Positions 1 through 13,479 of a DNA stretch of 64,000 nucleotides are shown piece after piece (positions within the stretch are counted from its first letter, which is position 1; every line of letters begins with the position of its first letter). Below the pieces are notes generated by a model. That model was not told where the DNA came from. It saw only the letters and a list, made by a program, of their open reading frames with translations, and searched no databases. The translations under genes were made by a program, and so were the position numbers. This DNA comes from Mobula hypostoma (lineage: Eukaryota), in assembly GCF_963921235.1 (NCBI RefSeq), contig NC_086108.1:38566001-38630000 (forward strand), given 5' to 3'.

Positions 1-349
1 ATGTCTATAATTCCCCCCTGCACTTTAAATCTAATTGATTTAATGGACTTGTAACAGGTATCCAGCATCTTGCAATGTTTGTAACAACTAATTTCTAGAG
101 GTGTTCACTCCTTGAAATGTTCTTCCCGTAATTTACTTGAAGCAGCATTTTCAAAGTCTAACATTTGCCTTTTAGTTTGCTGCAACTTCTTTGCAGCTAC
201 TGTTTGTACATCAAAAATCTCATTTCCACCTTCCTTGTCCATTAAAGTGTTTACTCCATCTCAACACTTATCTGATGCAGCCCTTAATTTCATTCCCTTA
301 AATTTAGGGGATGTAATTTTGAACAGTAAGTGCAGACAATGAGTTTAAT

Positions 350-3300
350 ACCATAAGATATAGGAGTAGAATTAGGCCATTTGGCCCATCGAGTCTTCTC
401 CACCATTTCATCATGGCTGATCCAATTTTCCTCTCAGCCCCAATCTCCTGCCTTCGCCCCATATCCCTTCATGCCCTGATCAATCAAGAATCTATCAATC
501 TCTGCATTAAATATACATAAAGATTTGGCCTCCACAGCTGCCTGTGGCAAAGAATTCCACAGATTCACCACTCTTCTGCTAAATAAGTTCCTCCTCATTT
601 TGATTCTAAATGGATGCCCCTCTATTCTGAGGCAGTGTCCTCTGGTCTTGAACTCTCCCATCATAGGAAACATCCTCTCCACATCTACTCTAACAAGGCC
701 TTTCACCATTCAATAGGGTTCAATTAGGTCACCCCTCATTCTTCTGAATTCTAGTGAATACAGACCCAGAGCCATCAAATGCTCTTCATATCACAAGCCA
801 TCAATCCTGACATCATTTTTGTGAACCTCATTTGAACCTTCTCCAGTTTCAGCACATCCTTTCAAAGATAGGCTGTCCAAAAATGCTCACAATACCCAGG
901 TGAGGCCTCACCAGTGCGTTATAAAGTCTCAACATTACATCCTTGCTTTTATATTCTAGTCCTCTTGAAATAAATGCTAGCATCACATTTATGTTCCTAA
1001 CCACAGATTCAACCTGCACATCAACCTTTAAGGAATCCTGCACAAGGACTCCCAAGTTTTTTGTATTTGTAAATGATAGAAAATAGTCTATCATTTTATT
1101 TCTTCTACCAAAGTCCATGACCATACACTTCCCAACACTGTATTCCATCTGCTATTTCTTTGCCCATTCTTCCTAATCCATCTAAGTGCTTCTATGGCCT
1201 CTCTACTTCCTCAAAACTACTTGTCCCTTCTCCTTTTTTTGTATCATCTGCAAATTTTGCAACAAAGCCATCAATTCCATCATCCAAATCATTGACATAT
1301 AACATAAAAGAATTGGTCCCAACACCAACCCCAGTAGAACGCCACTAGTCACTGACAGCCAAACAGAAAAATCACCTTCATTCCACTCTTTGCCTCCTGC
1401 CATTCAGCTACTGCTTTATCGATGCTAGAATCTTCCCTGTAGTACCATGGGTTTGTAGCTTGATAAATAGCCTCATATGTCAAAGGCCTTCTGAAAATCC
1501 AAGTACATAACATCAACTAATTCTCCTTTGTATATCCTGCTTGTTATTTCTTCAAAGAATTCTAACAGATCTGTGAGGAAATATTTTCCCTTGAGGAAAC
1601 CATGCTGACTACAGTCTAATCTATCATGTCCCTCCATGTACCCTGAGACCTCATTCTTAATAATCAACTCTAACATCTTCCCAGCCACTGAGGTTAGACT
1701 AACTAGCCTATAGTTTCCTTTCTTCTGCCTCTCTCCCTTCTTGAACAGTAGAGTGTAATTTGCAATTTTCTAGTCTTCCAGAACCATTCCAGAATCTAGT
1801 GATTCTTGAAGGACCATTACTAATGCTTCCACAATCTCTTCAGCCACCCGTTTCAGAACCCTGGGTGTACACCATCTGGTCCAGGTGACTTATATACCAT
1901 CAGACCTTTTAGTTTCCCAAGAACTTTCTTCTAGTAATGGTAACTTCACACACTTCATGGATCCTGACACCTAGAACTTCCACCGTACTGCCAGTATCTT
2001 CCACAGTGAAGATTGATTATTCAGTTCATCCACCTTTTCCTTGTCACCTATTTCTACCTTTCCAGTATCATTTTCCCATGGTCCGACATCCACTCTCATC
2101 TCTCTTTTGCACTTTATGTATCTGAATATTACTGGCTAACTTACTTTCATGTTCCATCTTTACCTTCTTAATTACTTTTTTAGTTGCCTTCTGTTGTTTT
2201 TGAAAGCTTCCCAATCCTCTAACTTCCTACTAATATTTACTCTATTATGTACCCTCACTTTGGCTTTTTAGGTTGGCTTTGACTTCTCTTGTTAGCCGCG
2301 GTTGTGTCACCTTACCTTTAGAATACTTCTTCCTCTTTGGAATGTATATATCCTGTGCCTTCTGAATTGCTGCCAGAAATTCCAGCCATTGCTGCTCTAC
2401 CAGTGTTCTTTTCCAATCAATTCTGGACAATTCTTTTTTCATGCCACTGTAATACCCTTTACTCAACTGTAATACTGATACATCTGACTTTATCTTCTGT
2501 TACTCCAGTTTCAGGGTGAATTCAATCATATTATGATCACTTTTACCTTAAGCTCTCTAAATAATTCTGACTTATTGCCCAATTCAGAATAGCTGATCCC
2601 CTTGTGGGCTCAACCATGAGCTGCTCTAAAAAGCCACCTCATAGGCATTCTAGAAATCCCTCCTCTTGGAATCCAGCACCAACCCTATTTTCCCAATCCA
2701 CCTATATATTGAAATTCCCTGTGACTATTATAACATTGCTCTTTTGGCATACATTTTCTTTCTCCCATTGTATTTTGAAGACCACATCCTTACGATTGTT
2801 TGTGGGTTTGTATACAAATCCCATCAGGGTATTTTTACCCTTGCAGTTTCTTAGCTTTATCCATAATGATTCAACACCTTCTGACCCAATGTCACCACTT
2901 TCTAATAATTTAATTTCACTTTTTACTACAGAGCAACACCACCCCCTCTGCATTCCTGCCTGTCCTTTTGATACAATGTGTATCCTTGGACATTAAGCTC
3001 CCACCTATCATCTTCTTTCAGCCATGATTCAGAGATACCTACATGCCAGTCTGTAACAGTGCTACAAGTTCATCTATCATATTCTGTATTTTATGCACAT
3101 TCAAATATAACACCTTCAGTCCTGTATTCCCCCCTTTTCAATTTTGTCATCCCTGCAACTCATCCTATTGACTGCATTTTTGCCCCGTCAACAGCCTCTC
3201 CTCACTGCACATTGCCTCTGTTTGTAAACCAGCACTATTATCCGCCTTTCCTACAGTACTTCTCACATTGAAGTATGTGCTTCTTAGGATACTTGTCACA

Positions 3301-3900
3301 CCACACTCACCCTTTTGATTCTTAACTTTGGCTGAGGTCTTACTAATATGTACCACCACAGCTTCTTCACTACCTGTTCTGGCAGTGTGGTTACCGTCCC
3401 CCTGAATTCTAGTTCAAACCCCACCATGCAGAATTAACAAACCTTCCCGCTAGGATATTAGTCCCCATACAGTTTAGGTGCAAACCATCCCTTCTGTACA
3501 GGGGTGCTCTGCACTGCCTCCTTAATCCCTTTCTCCTTCCTGACTGTCATCCAGTTTCCTATGTCCTGTACCTTGGTGTACATATACCTTTCTATATGTC
3601 CTGATCATTACCCCCTCAGCCTCCCAAATGAATCGGAGTTCATCCAGTACCAGCTCCAACTCCTTAATGCAGAATGTTAGAAGTTGCAGCAGGATGCATT
3701 TCTTGCAAATGTAATTGTCAGGGACACTGGACAATGTGCCTTCCCACATCCCACAAGAGGAGCATTCCACTATCCTGCCTGACATCTCTACTGTCCTAGT
3801 TCAGCAGATATAAAGAAGGAAATGGAAAAAATAATTTAACCTTGAGCTTTTCTTTCCTTGCTTTCTCTGACTGAAACCTCAAAGAGCTTAAGCCTCAGGA
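350..3900 (-). mobile_element. CR1 LINE, near full-length, degraded (ORF1 zinc-finger region, ORF2 endonuclease/RT fragments, 3' tail)
   Basis: Minus-strand ORF fragments: ECSSCGMWE (ORF1 N-terminus), ESLWIKLRNCKG..GNFN (endonuclease), QHGFLKGK..YLDFQKAFD (RT), RGHCLRI..RVVNLWNSLP (CR1 C-terminus). 3' tail at ~350. Many stops and frameshifts. Confidence 0.9.
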
Positions 3901-4460
3901 TCACCATTCTGACTGTTCATTCCAACGACGGCCACTGCACTTGCCCTGCCTTCCTTTAATTTGCTCTTGCTAATCAATCTCAGACACAGATTGGTCACTG
4001 GTCAAAGCTCTATTACATTCCGCAACCTGCTGCTCCCTTTTTCTACTCGGGCAGTGGAACTAAGTGTAATCCCCTCTTCTCAAACTTCTGATATCTGGAT
4101 TGGCCACTGCTCAAAGCTCCTACTCTATCTCCCCCCTTACTTTTTGCAAACTTACCTTGTCCCACCACGTCCAGCTCCTTCTTCTTCTTATTCTGAGTCA
4201 CCTATGGACCATCTTGAAATCAAAAACAATTTCTAACTAATTCAAAAACAATTTCTTAAAGGCAATTCAAAATATGAAATAAATGCTGTTCTAACCTGTC
4301 CATTGATTCCCACCTTCTGAAAAGGAAATAAAGTTTGTGGATGACATTATTTCAAATTGGTGCTTTCCTGTACCTGTCAATTGATACCTTATATTTGTTG
4401 GCAAAAAAAATGCAACCATTGATTTAGAGGACAATTTCAAATTGGTTACGTGTCTTACAG

Positions 4461-4637
4461 ATGTGGAAAATGTCTGTCCAGATTCATATCCATTAATAGA
4501 ACACGGAGACATCGGTTTTGTAGAACAATACAAAATAATTTATACATGTCGTGCTGGATATATTATGGACGGCTCAGATGTGGTAATGTGTCTTAATGGA
4601 AATTGGTCAGACCCTCCAACGTGCAATGCTCCTCCAG
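4461..4637 (+). CDS. Exon: CCP/sushi domain of a complement factor H / factor XIII-B-like protein
   Basis: ttacag| acceptor, G|gtgaaa donor, 177 nt, phase 1-1. Translates to DVENVCPDSYPLIEHG..IYTCRAGYIMDGSDVVMCLNGNWSDPPTC, with the four Cys and Trp of the CCP consensus. Confidence 0.9.
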
Positions 4638-5115
4638 GTGAAATAAATGATCAAAATGTGACAATGCGAGTATTTAGGAATGCGATATGTTTGATCATTA
4701 CAGTGGAAGAATGGTGGGGGGGGGAGGGGAGTGTTCATCACCAGTTTTCTTCAAAGATACTGAAATAAGTGAATTGATTTAATAGACCTCAAATGGAATT
4801 TAAAGATACTGGTGTGAAAGATTTTGAGGCCTGATGATAAGCCAGACCATCCTTTTCTCTGCAGCCATTCATTTATTTGACACTTCCTCATATTCTGCAC
4901 TTGGCTACCATAGTGATATTGGGTACTTTGCTCACTCTCAGTGAAATAGATAAGAAAAAACTTAATTAATCATCTACAGCTATGATCTGCTGGCCATCAT
5001 ACATCAAGTGTTTAGCACATGTGCATAAGCAGCTTTGTAACATGCCCTCTGACGATTTCTTGAAATCACTTAAGACCAAAAATGATAAAGAATGCATTTG
5101 TATCTCGTCCATTAG

Positions 5116-5298
5116 ATCCTGATCAAGACTGTGATCTTCCACCTCAAGTAGAAAATGGAGACACAATAGAAATCACTTCACCACCATATCGTCATGGTAG
5201 GAAAGTAACGTATCAGTGTCAGAATTTCTATGTCTTGGAAGGGAAAAGAGAAGTTACCTGTTCTGGTGGAAAATGGACAAAACCTCCACACTGCCTTG
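5116..5298 (+). CDS. Exon: CCP/sushi domain resembling factor H CCP19
   Basis: cattag| acceptor, G|gtgagt donor, 183 nt, phase 1-1. CDLPPQVENGD..VTYQCQNFYVLEGKREVTCSGGKWTKPPHCL shares the YQCQNxYxLEG motif of FH CCP19. Confidence 0.93.
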
Positions 5299-7489
5299 GT
5301 GAGTAATGTTTTATATTCATTATAATCTTCAATAGCTACAGCACTTTTTCAGCCATTTATATAAAATATAATATAACATGAGCATCTAGGTTCCTACAGT
5401 GGAATACTGAAACGTATTGGGTCATATGGGTGCATTAACTTTAAAACAAGGCTCCCCTTGACTTGGCATTATCCCTCTTTTGCAAGTATATGACAACCTT
5501 TGAAGCACAGAATTTTACAGAAGTTAGAGACTAAGTTTCTATAAACTTTCCAATGTGATCTTATTAATTTATATGGCAAAACAATGCTAAAACTACCAGT
5601 ATAAACTTTATAACAATGAAAAGGAATTTCTCTTTGGAGTAAAACTGTAATGATACAGCTCTGTTGGGACTTTAGTGGAGCCTGGTGTGCAGACTCTCTA
5701 GACAACTGAACGTCTCTCCTATTAAAACCCAAACACACTTTTATTTTACTTCTTTTACACATTACACAGACATGTAATAACATTTCTGGTGAATCAGATG
5801 GGTATAAAGACTGTGGGATATATTGAAGTATTCCAGATTCCAACATTTGTTGCAAACCCTCCCATTTTCAGGATCACGTGTCTTCCAGATCGCAGACCCT
5901 GCTGCAGTCACGCATGGAGCCCACAATTCAGGTTCCAGCACAGCTTTGTTGTGAGCTATGCCTCGGGTTGCACAGCCTGCTGATACCCTGCAATGCTAGT
6001 TCAATTAGGGACCAATAAACATACCAGACACTGGACCATCAAAACTTCCAACTGTCAATTCCAGGATTCCAGATCCTTAAAACACTTAACCAAAACACAA
6101 AAGAGGCATATCACTCTTAGACAATACGCATTCAGAAAAACAAAATCTCTTGTGGAGCTTCACAACAAGTAGCACAACTGACAGGGACGAAAGGTGGGTG
6201 TGAACCCCCTCAGCATGTGTACAAGCTACTACCCAATATACAGCAGTTCTCCTCGTTGGAAATGGTGGAAATTTACTTCTGTCACAGTAGTCCATTCACA
6301 GTCCGCTCTCAATCCTGGACACTGATTACAATTCTGCTGGCACCTGATTTCCCAAGTCTCAGAGCCACTGCTTTATCAAACCTCAGGTTCACCTCAACTT
6401 TATCACTGACATCTGCCTTCAGTGTTTTGAAATAACCAATGCAGGGTATTTGCAAAGTGTCAGTTCTTCTCATGTAGTTCCAGTATGACATATCTACATA
6501 ATTCTGCCTTGACTTTGACTCCTTTATATAGATATTTCTTTCTTGATGAAAATATTCATTCTCAACAATCGATGTTTTTTAGATGCAGTCTTGTTTAATC
6601 CTGTATATCACATATAACCTAGCAATAAAGAGAAGATTAGCATTTATTGATGGTGATGAACGATCTGGTGCAGTCCCACAGTTGTTGGGCATTAGTTCCC
6701 ATGGTTTATAACAGCAACAATGAAGGAATGACATTTATTCGCAGTCAGGCTGGTGTGCTATTTAGAGGGGATTCAAAATTCAAATTTATTAAAGATTCAG
6801 TTTTATTTACCATGTGTACATCAAAACATATTGTGAAATATATTGCTTTCATGAACAATCAATGCGCCCAAGGGTGTGCTAGGGGCAGCCCACACTTTCT
6901 GGAACCAACAGAGCTTGCCCACAATGCTCAGCAGAACAACAACACAACAAGCAACAAAACACGCCCTGTCCCTCCCAGCCAAGCCACATACACAGCCCTT
7001 TAACCCCAGGACAGGCCACCAGCCTCCAGTGGAATCAGATTCGGACTTCGGCCTGCGACCATTGTGCCTTGACTACCCCAGTGGACTCATAGTTTCACCA
7101 ACTCGGCTCTGGCAACAGCCCTCGACTAGTGGACTTGCAATTCCACCCTCAGGCCTCAGTCCTCAGCTGCGATCCCAGGACATGCTGACCACTGAACACC
7201 AAGCCTCGACATTCAGACTCGCTGATAACGAGACCTCAAGCACAAGCCTTGAACTCCGGTCTCTCTGATTCATGAACCCAGGGGTCATCGGAAATCTTTC
7301 CTCTTGGTGACACGGAACTCCAACTCCAGAAGCTGCTGACTGGAGATGCCCCTTGTCCACTTTCCGCTGGCCCAATATCTAACCACGAATGTCCCTCATC
7401 ACCGTCGCTAGCCTTTGAATGTGGAGTGGAGACTTAACACCAGCCTGACTGCCTCCCTCATATCACTGTGCCTGAACCGGGCCTACTCA

Positions 7490-9250
7490 AACCAGAAGCC
7501 TTGGATAAATAGTTCAGTGCGTGTTGCTCTCAGTACAATGGATAAAGCCTTCACCTCCGGAGACTAGCAGGAGCTCAAGAGATGCCACTATGATTTACAT
7601 AGAGCCTTCAAGGTGGCAAAATGGCAATCCAGTCACAACTCTGCAACGGTGACACATGCAGAGCACGGCAAGGATTGTACACCATCACGGATTCAAGGGG
7701 AAGCACAGTACAGCCAACATTGCTGCCTCGCTCCTGGATGAGCTAAATGTTACTTACCCCCGAGGAGAGCCACCAATGAGACCTACACCTTGGCCATCTC
7801 CGAGGCTGAGGAATGTAGAGCATTCCAACACGTCAACAGCCACAAGGCAGTGGGGCCGGACGGCGTCCCAGGGCGCATCCTCAAAGTGTGTGCTGAACAG
7901 CTGGCTGGTGTGTTTATGGACATTTTTAATGTCTCCCTCTCCCAGTGTGTAGTGCCCTCTTGTTTCAAATCATCCATCATTGTCCGTGTACCTAAGAAAG
8001 CCAAGGGAGCATGTCAGAACAATTGGCGCCCTGTCACACTCACTCAATTCTAAGCAAATGCTCTGAGGGGCTGATCAAGGACTACATCTGCGGCATGCTA
8101 CCATCCACACTGGATCCCCTACAATTCGCCTACCGACACAACCGGTCTACCGATGACACCATCGCCACAACACTACACACTGTCCTCACTCACCTGGAGA
8201 AGAAGGATGCATACATTAGAACTGTTCCTGGACTACAGTTCAGTATTCAACACAATAATTCCCTCCAGACTTGATAGAAAGCTTAGAGACCTCAGCTTGC
8301 ACCCCACCTTGTGCAGCTGGATCCTAGACTTCCCATCAGATTACCGACAGTTGGTAAAAATGGACTCCCTCACCTCTGCACCTCAACACAGGTGCCCCAG
8401 GGTTGTGTTCTGAATCCTCTTCTCTACTCTCTTTACACCCACTACTCTACTGCCACACACAGCTCCAATCTGCTGATCAAATTCGCAGATGACACAACTT
8501 TAATTGGCCTTATTTCTAGTGGTAATGAGACAGCCTGGAGAAGAGATATTGACACTCTGACACAGTGGTGCCAGGGTAACAACCTCTCCCTTAATATCCA
8601 ATAAACAAAAGAGCTGATTGTGGATTACAGGAGGAATGGAGACAGGCTCAGCCTGATCAACATTAATGGGTCTGCAGTTGAAGGAGTGAGTAGTTTCAAG
8701 TACCTCGGTATACACATCACCGATGATCTCATCTGGACTGTACACACCAGCTTCATGGCAAAGAAAAACACAGCAGTGTCTCTTCCACCTCAGGCAACTG
8801 AAGAAGTTCAGCATGGGCCCCCAAATCCTCAAAGCCTTCTACAGGGGCACCATTGAGAGCATCCTGACTGGCTGTATCACTGCCTGGTATGGGAACTGTG
8901 CCAACCTTGATCACTGGGCACTGCAGAGATTGGTACAGACAGCCCAGCTCATCTGAGGATGTGAACTTCCCTCCACTGAGGACAGTTATAGCAGCAGGTG
9001 CAGAAAGAAGGCCTGGAAGATCATCAGGGACACCAGTCACCCCAACCATAAACTGTTTCAGCTGCTTCTGTCTAGCAAATGCTACCACAGCATTAAAGCC
9101 AGGATCAGTGGGTTAAAGGACAGCTTCTTTCTACAAGCCATTAGACTTTTAAATTCACATGTCTGTGCATTGCAACAGAGTCATAACACAAAAAATATTA
9201 CTCTCTTACATTGTGGGATGGATGTAAGATTTAAATAAATTCTAATTCTA
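7490..9250 (+). mobile_element. Rex1/Babar-type non-LTR retrotransposon, degraded RT
   Basis: GPDGVPGRILKVCAEQLAGVF, LDPLQFAYRHNRSTDD, PQGCVLNPLLYSLYT..KFADD, FYRGTIESILTGCITAWYG. Ends in AATAAA plus an (ATTCTA)n tail. Confidence 0.88.
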
Positions 9251-10459
9251 ATTCTGACTCCTAACTCCCCTCTCTGTTCTCAAATCCGTCCTTACGAACC
9301 TACAATAAACAATTAAAAACAACTAACTCTGAGCCGCAACTCAACAAATGTCGCAGCTCAGTGACATCTTGACCTTGGTGGTGGTGGTATTCCAAAAGAT
9401 TTGCAGTTGAAGTGGTTTTAGGTGATAAAGGTTATATTGACAGAATAGTCTGGGCAAGTAACCTTTAGTAGAAATCAAGATTAATGGTCATTAAGGGAGT
9501 GGATGTTTATGGTGGAGGAAGGGAGCCATTCAAGCACATGGTGCTTTGAGTAAAAATAATTCTATGCTTCATATATGCCTTGAAGATGGTGAAAAGGCTT
9601 GCTGTGTCAGGTGTTGAAACACTCATTTGGTCAGCTGTTATAACCAAGTCATTTATATGGCTGGTCCAGTTGCATTCCCTATCCATAGTAATGATGAAAT
9701 GAACTATGTTAATTTCATTGAATATTAAGGGGTAGTTTGGCACTCCTATCTTGGAGATGGTCAGTACGTATCATGATGCAAATGATGGAAGCCACTTTTC
9801 CACCCTTGGTGACATGGATGGTTCCAATGGAAATGAATATTCAAACATTGTCAGCATCCATTATGATTATTGATTTCATGATGAAAGACAGAAAATTGAT
9901 GAAACAGGTAATAAATGGCCTCAGGAACTTCCCTGTGGAACTCCTGTAGTAATGTCTGAAACACTAGAAACTGCCTTCCTTTATGCAGGATGTGGCTTTG
10001 ACCATTGGGATCTACTTCCTTTGATACCCATGGGCTTCATTCTTACTGCACTCCTGACGCCACACTCAGTTAAGTGTTACCTTCAGGCTAAAGACAGTAA
10101 CTCCTTCTTGCCTTTGGAATTCAGGTTCCATGAGTTTGCTGGCAAGTAGGCTGATTCTGAAATACTCTAGCAAATTCAACTTGTCCTCCTTCCAGACTGG
10201 GCATATCTGGATAATTTTCCATTGTATTACACCCATGCTTGGATGGTTCTGGTGCGCAAATCTTCAGTGCTATTGCCAGGTTGCTTTCTGGTCCCAGAGT
10301 ATTTTTGCTATCCAGTGCCATAGAGTTATACCACACAGAGAATATGCTATTAAATCCACTGAGTCCATGGCAACTGTCAAGCATCCACTGACACGTATTT
10401 AATTTAGTCCAAGTCCCCATCATAGGGTTTCCCAGACTCTATACCCCAAAGATAGTTAT

Positions 10460-10690
10460 TCATAGTCATAGTCATAGTCATACTTTATTGATCTCGAGGA
10501 AAATTTGGTTTCGTTACAGTTGCACCAACCAAGAACAGAGTAAAAATATAGCCATATACAACCATAAATAATTAAATAATAATGTGTAGATTATGCCAGG
10601 AGATAAGTCCAGGACCAGCCTATTGGCTCAGGGTGTCTGACCCTCCAAGGGAGGAGTTGTAAAGTTTGATGGCCACAGGCAGGAATGACT
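10460..10690 (-). mobile_element. 3' end fragment of a Rex1-like LINE with (TGACTA)n tail
   Basis: (CATAGT)n followed by tttatt on the + strand, i.e. AATAAA plus a tandem tail on the - strand. Confidence 0.5.
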
Positions 10691-10809
10691 TCCTATGAGG
10701 CTTCTACCAGCTTGAGCCATTTTGGGAATATAGGAGCCAACCAGAGCACCTAGAAGAAATCACTGTGTGCAAATGTCATGCAGACAGTTGTAGATACTGC
10801 ATCATTATG

Positions 10810-11770
10810 GTCCCTACTGGGGAAGGAATGACCTGTACGGAAGGGATAGGTTACCCCTGAACTTGTGGAGGACTAATATATTTGTGAGTAGGATTACAAG
10901 AGCTGTTGGAGAGGGTTTAAACTAAACTGGCAGGGGGAGGGAACTAAAATGATCGGTCAGAGGATGGGACCATTTTGATGCAACCTGCAGAGAGACTATG
11001 AGAAGGTAGGCAGTGGAAAGGGCCTAATTGCAGACAATTGGATAGGTTGAAGACAGAATACAGGTTAATCATAGTATTAATGTGGAGAAACAGAGAAATC
11101 TTGGGGTTCACTTCCACAAATCCCTCAAATTTGCAGTGCAAGGTAAAAGGTTGGCTAAGAAGGCATAAGGCATATGGCATATAGGACTATTAATCAGGAG
11201 GTTAAGTTCAATAGCTGTGAGGAAACGTTGCAGCTCTCTAAAAGCCTCATTAGACCACACTTGGAATATTCTGTTGAGTTCTGTTTGCCTCATTATCAGA
11301 AAGCTGTGAAATCTTCAGAGATGGTGCAGAGGCAATTTACTAGAATACTGCCTGGATTAGATAACATGTCTGATGAGAATAGGTTGAGCAATGTAGGGCT
11401 TTTCTCTTTGGAGAGAAGGTGGAAGAGAGGTGACTTGATAGAGACATACAAGATGATATAAAAGTGGACAGGCAGAGACTTTATCCCAGGGTGGAAAGGC
11501 TAATGCAAGATGACATAAGTTTAAGGTGGTTGGAGGGATGCCATTGGTAGTGTTTTCTTACACAGAGCATTATATGTGCATGGAATGTGCTACCAGGGTT
11601 TGTAGTAGGCGCAGATACATTGGGGACATTTAAAAGACTCTTAGATAGGTACATGGATGAAAGAAAAATGGAGGGCTTTATGGGAGGGAATGGTTAAATT
11701 GATCTTGGAATAGATCAGAGGGTTGGTGCAACATTGCAGGCTGAAAGCCTGTACTGTTTTCTGTTCTATG
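10810..11770 (+). mobile_element. CR1 LINE fragments (internally deleted)
   Basis: LIRPHLEYSVEFCLPHY..GLFSLERRWKRGDLIETYK, followed by a CR1-type 3' UTR. Confidence 0.8.
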
Positions 11771-12234
11771 GCATTGGACATCAATTCTAAATGCAGGTCA
11801 CTAATGTGAGTCAGCAACTCTGTCAGCTGCACCAGCATGCTACCCCAAAGCCCTGTTCATTTTCCTTTGATAACATGTGGAATGAATTCAATTGGCTGGA
11901 AATTACTTTTGGTGAGCATGTGTATCTCAGGAAGAGGTTCGGGCACATCATCCATTCAGCACTTCTAAGCCTTAGCTGCATAGGTGGCCTTCACCATCAT
12001 TTTGGGGAATTTCACCCAGGCCAGCCTGAATAAATCATGAAATAATTACCATCAACAAATCACTTGTAATGTCAGAGGAAACAACACACTGGACCACTGT
12101 TACATCACCATCAAGAATGCCTGCCATGCTATTCCACACCCTCACTTCGGAAAGACTGATCATCTGGCTGTATCTCTGCTCCCTGAGTATAGGCAGAGAC
12201 TGAAGACTGCAACGCCAGTAGTGAGGACCAAGAA

Positions 12235-12352
12235 CATAGAACATAGAATAGTACAGCACAGTACAGGCCCTTCGGCCCACAACGCTGTGCCAACCCTCAA
12301 ACCCTGCCTCCCACATAAGCCCCCACCTTAAATTCCTCCATAAACCTGTCTA
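12235..12352 (-). mobile_element. Short CR1 3'-end insertion with AAGAA TSD
   Basis: (AGAACAT)n tail and the same 3' UTR as 54800-54968. Flanked by AAGAA at 12230-12234 and 12353-12357. Confidence 0.75.
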
Positions 12353-12537
12353 AAGAAGGTATAGACAAGGGAAGCGCAGAAGCTTTTATAGAACTGCTTT
12401 GAATCGGTGGACTGAATAGTATTCAGGGATTCACCTTTGAATCCGGATGAGTATGCTGCAGTTGTTACCGACTTCACTAAAACCTGTGTGGATGAGTGTG
12501 CGCCTACAAAAACTTGCTGTACATTCCCAAAGTAAAA

Positions 12538-13479
12538 CACAAAATAATCTGCAGATGCTGGGGTCAAAGCAACACTCACAACACACTGGAGGAACTCAAC
12601 AGGTCGGGCAGCATCTGTGGAAACGATCAGTCAACGTTTTGGGCTGGAACCCTTCATCAGGACTGAAGAGGGAAGGGGCAGAGGCCCTATAAAGAAGGTG
12701 GGGGGAGGGTGGGAAGGAGAAGACTGGAAGGCTCCAGGTGAAAAACCAGTAAGGAGAAAGACACAATTCAGGGCCCCAAACAGTCCTTCCAGGTGAGGCA
12801 ACACTTCACTTGTGAGTCTGTTGGGGTCATCTATTGCATCCGGTGCTCCCGGTGCGGCCTCCTCTACATCGGTGAAACCGACGCAGATTGGGGGACCACT
12901 TCGTCGAGCACCTCCGCTCCGACCGCCAAAACAGACAGGATCTCCCGGTAGCCACCCACTTCAACTCTGCTTCCCGTTCCCATTCAGATATGTCCATACA
13001 TGGCCTCCTCTACTGCCATGATGAGGCTAAACTCAGGTTGGAGGAGCAACACCTCATATACCGTCTAGGTAGTCTCCAGCCCCTTGGTATGAACATAGAA
13101 TTCTCCAACTTCCGGTAATTCCCTCCCCCTCCCTTCCCCTATCCCAGTTTCACTCTGCCCCCTCCCCCAGCTACCTACTACCTCCTTCATGGTTCCACCT
13201 CCTTCTACTACCCATTGTGCTTTCCCTTATTCCTTCTTCACCTTTCCTGCCTATCCCCTCCCTGCTTCCCCTCCCCCACCCCTTGATCTTTCCCCTTACT
13301 GGTTTTTCACCTGGCACCTACCAGTCTTCTCCTTCCCACCCTCCCCTCACCTTCTTTATAGGGCCTCTGCCTCTTCCCCCTTCAGTCCTGACGAAGGGTT
13401 CCAGCCTGAAACGTTGACTGTTCTTTTCCACGGATGCTGCTCGACCTGCTGAGTTCCTCCAGCGTGTGGTGACTGTTGC
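12538..13479 (+). mobile_element. Penelope-like element, 5'-truncated, with inverted pLTR copy and 14-bp TSD
   Basis: GIY-YIG C-terminal fragment (VIYCIRCSRCGLLYIGET..PVATHFN..EEQHLIYRLG). ~190-bp inverted repeat at the ends. TSD TTCCCAAAGTAAAA at 12524-12537 and 13480-13493. Confidence 0.9.
13383..13420 (+). ncRNA. Minimal type I hammerhead ribozyme in Penelope pLTR
   Basis: CAGTC-CTGACGA-AGG(gttccag)CCT-GAAA-CGTT-GACTG: stem I, CUGANGA core, stem II, GAAA, GUU cleavage triplet. Confidence 0.75.

Noticed and set aside
6647..7375. ORFs of 70-130 aa in the intron
   Set aside because: No domain signal; the sequence looks like retroelement UTR adjoining the Rex1 copy.
9380..10430. Old LINE-like minus-strand sequence (similar stretches at 15290-15800 and 34000-34560)
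   Set aside because: Too degenerate to classify or delimit by eye.
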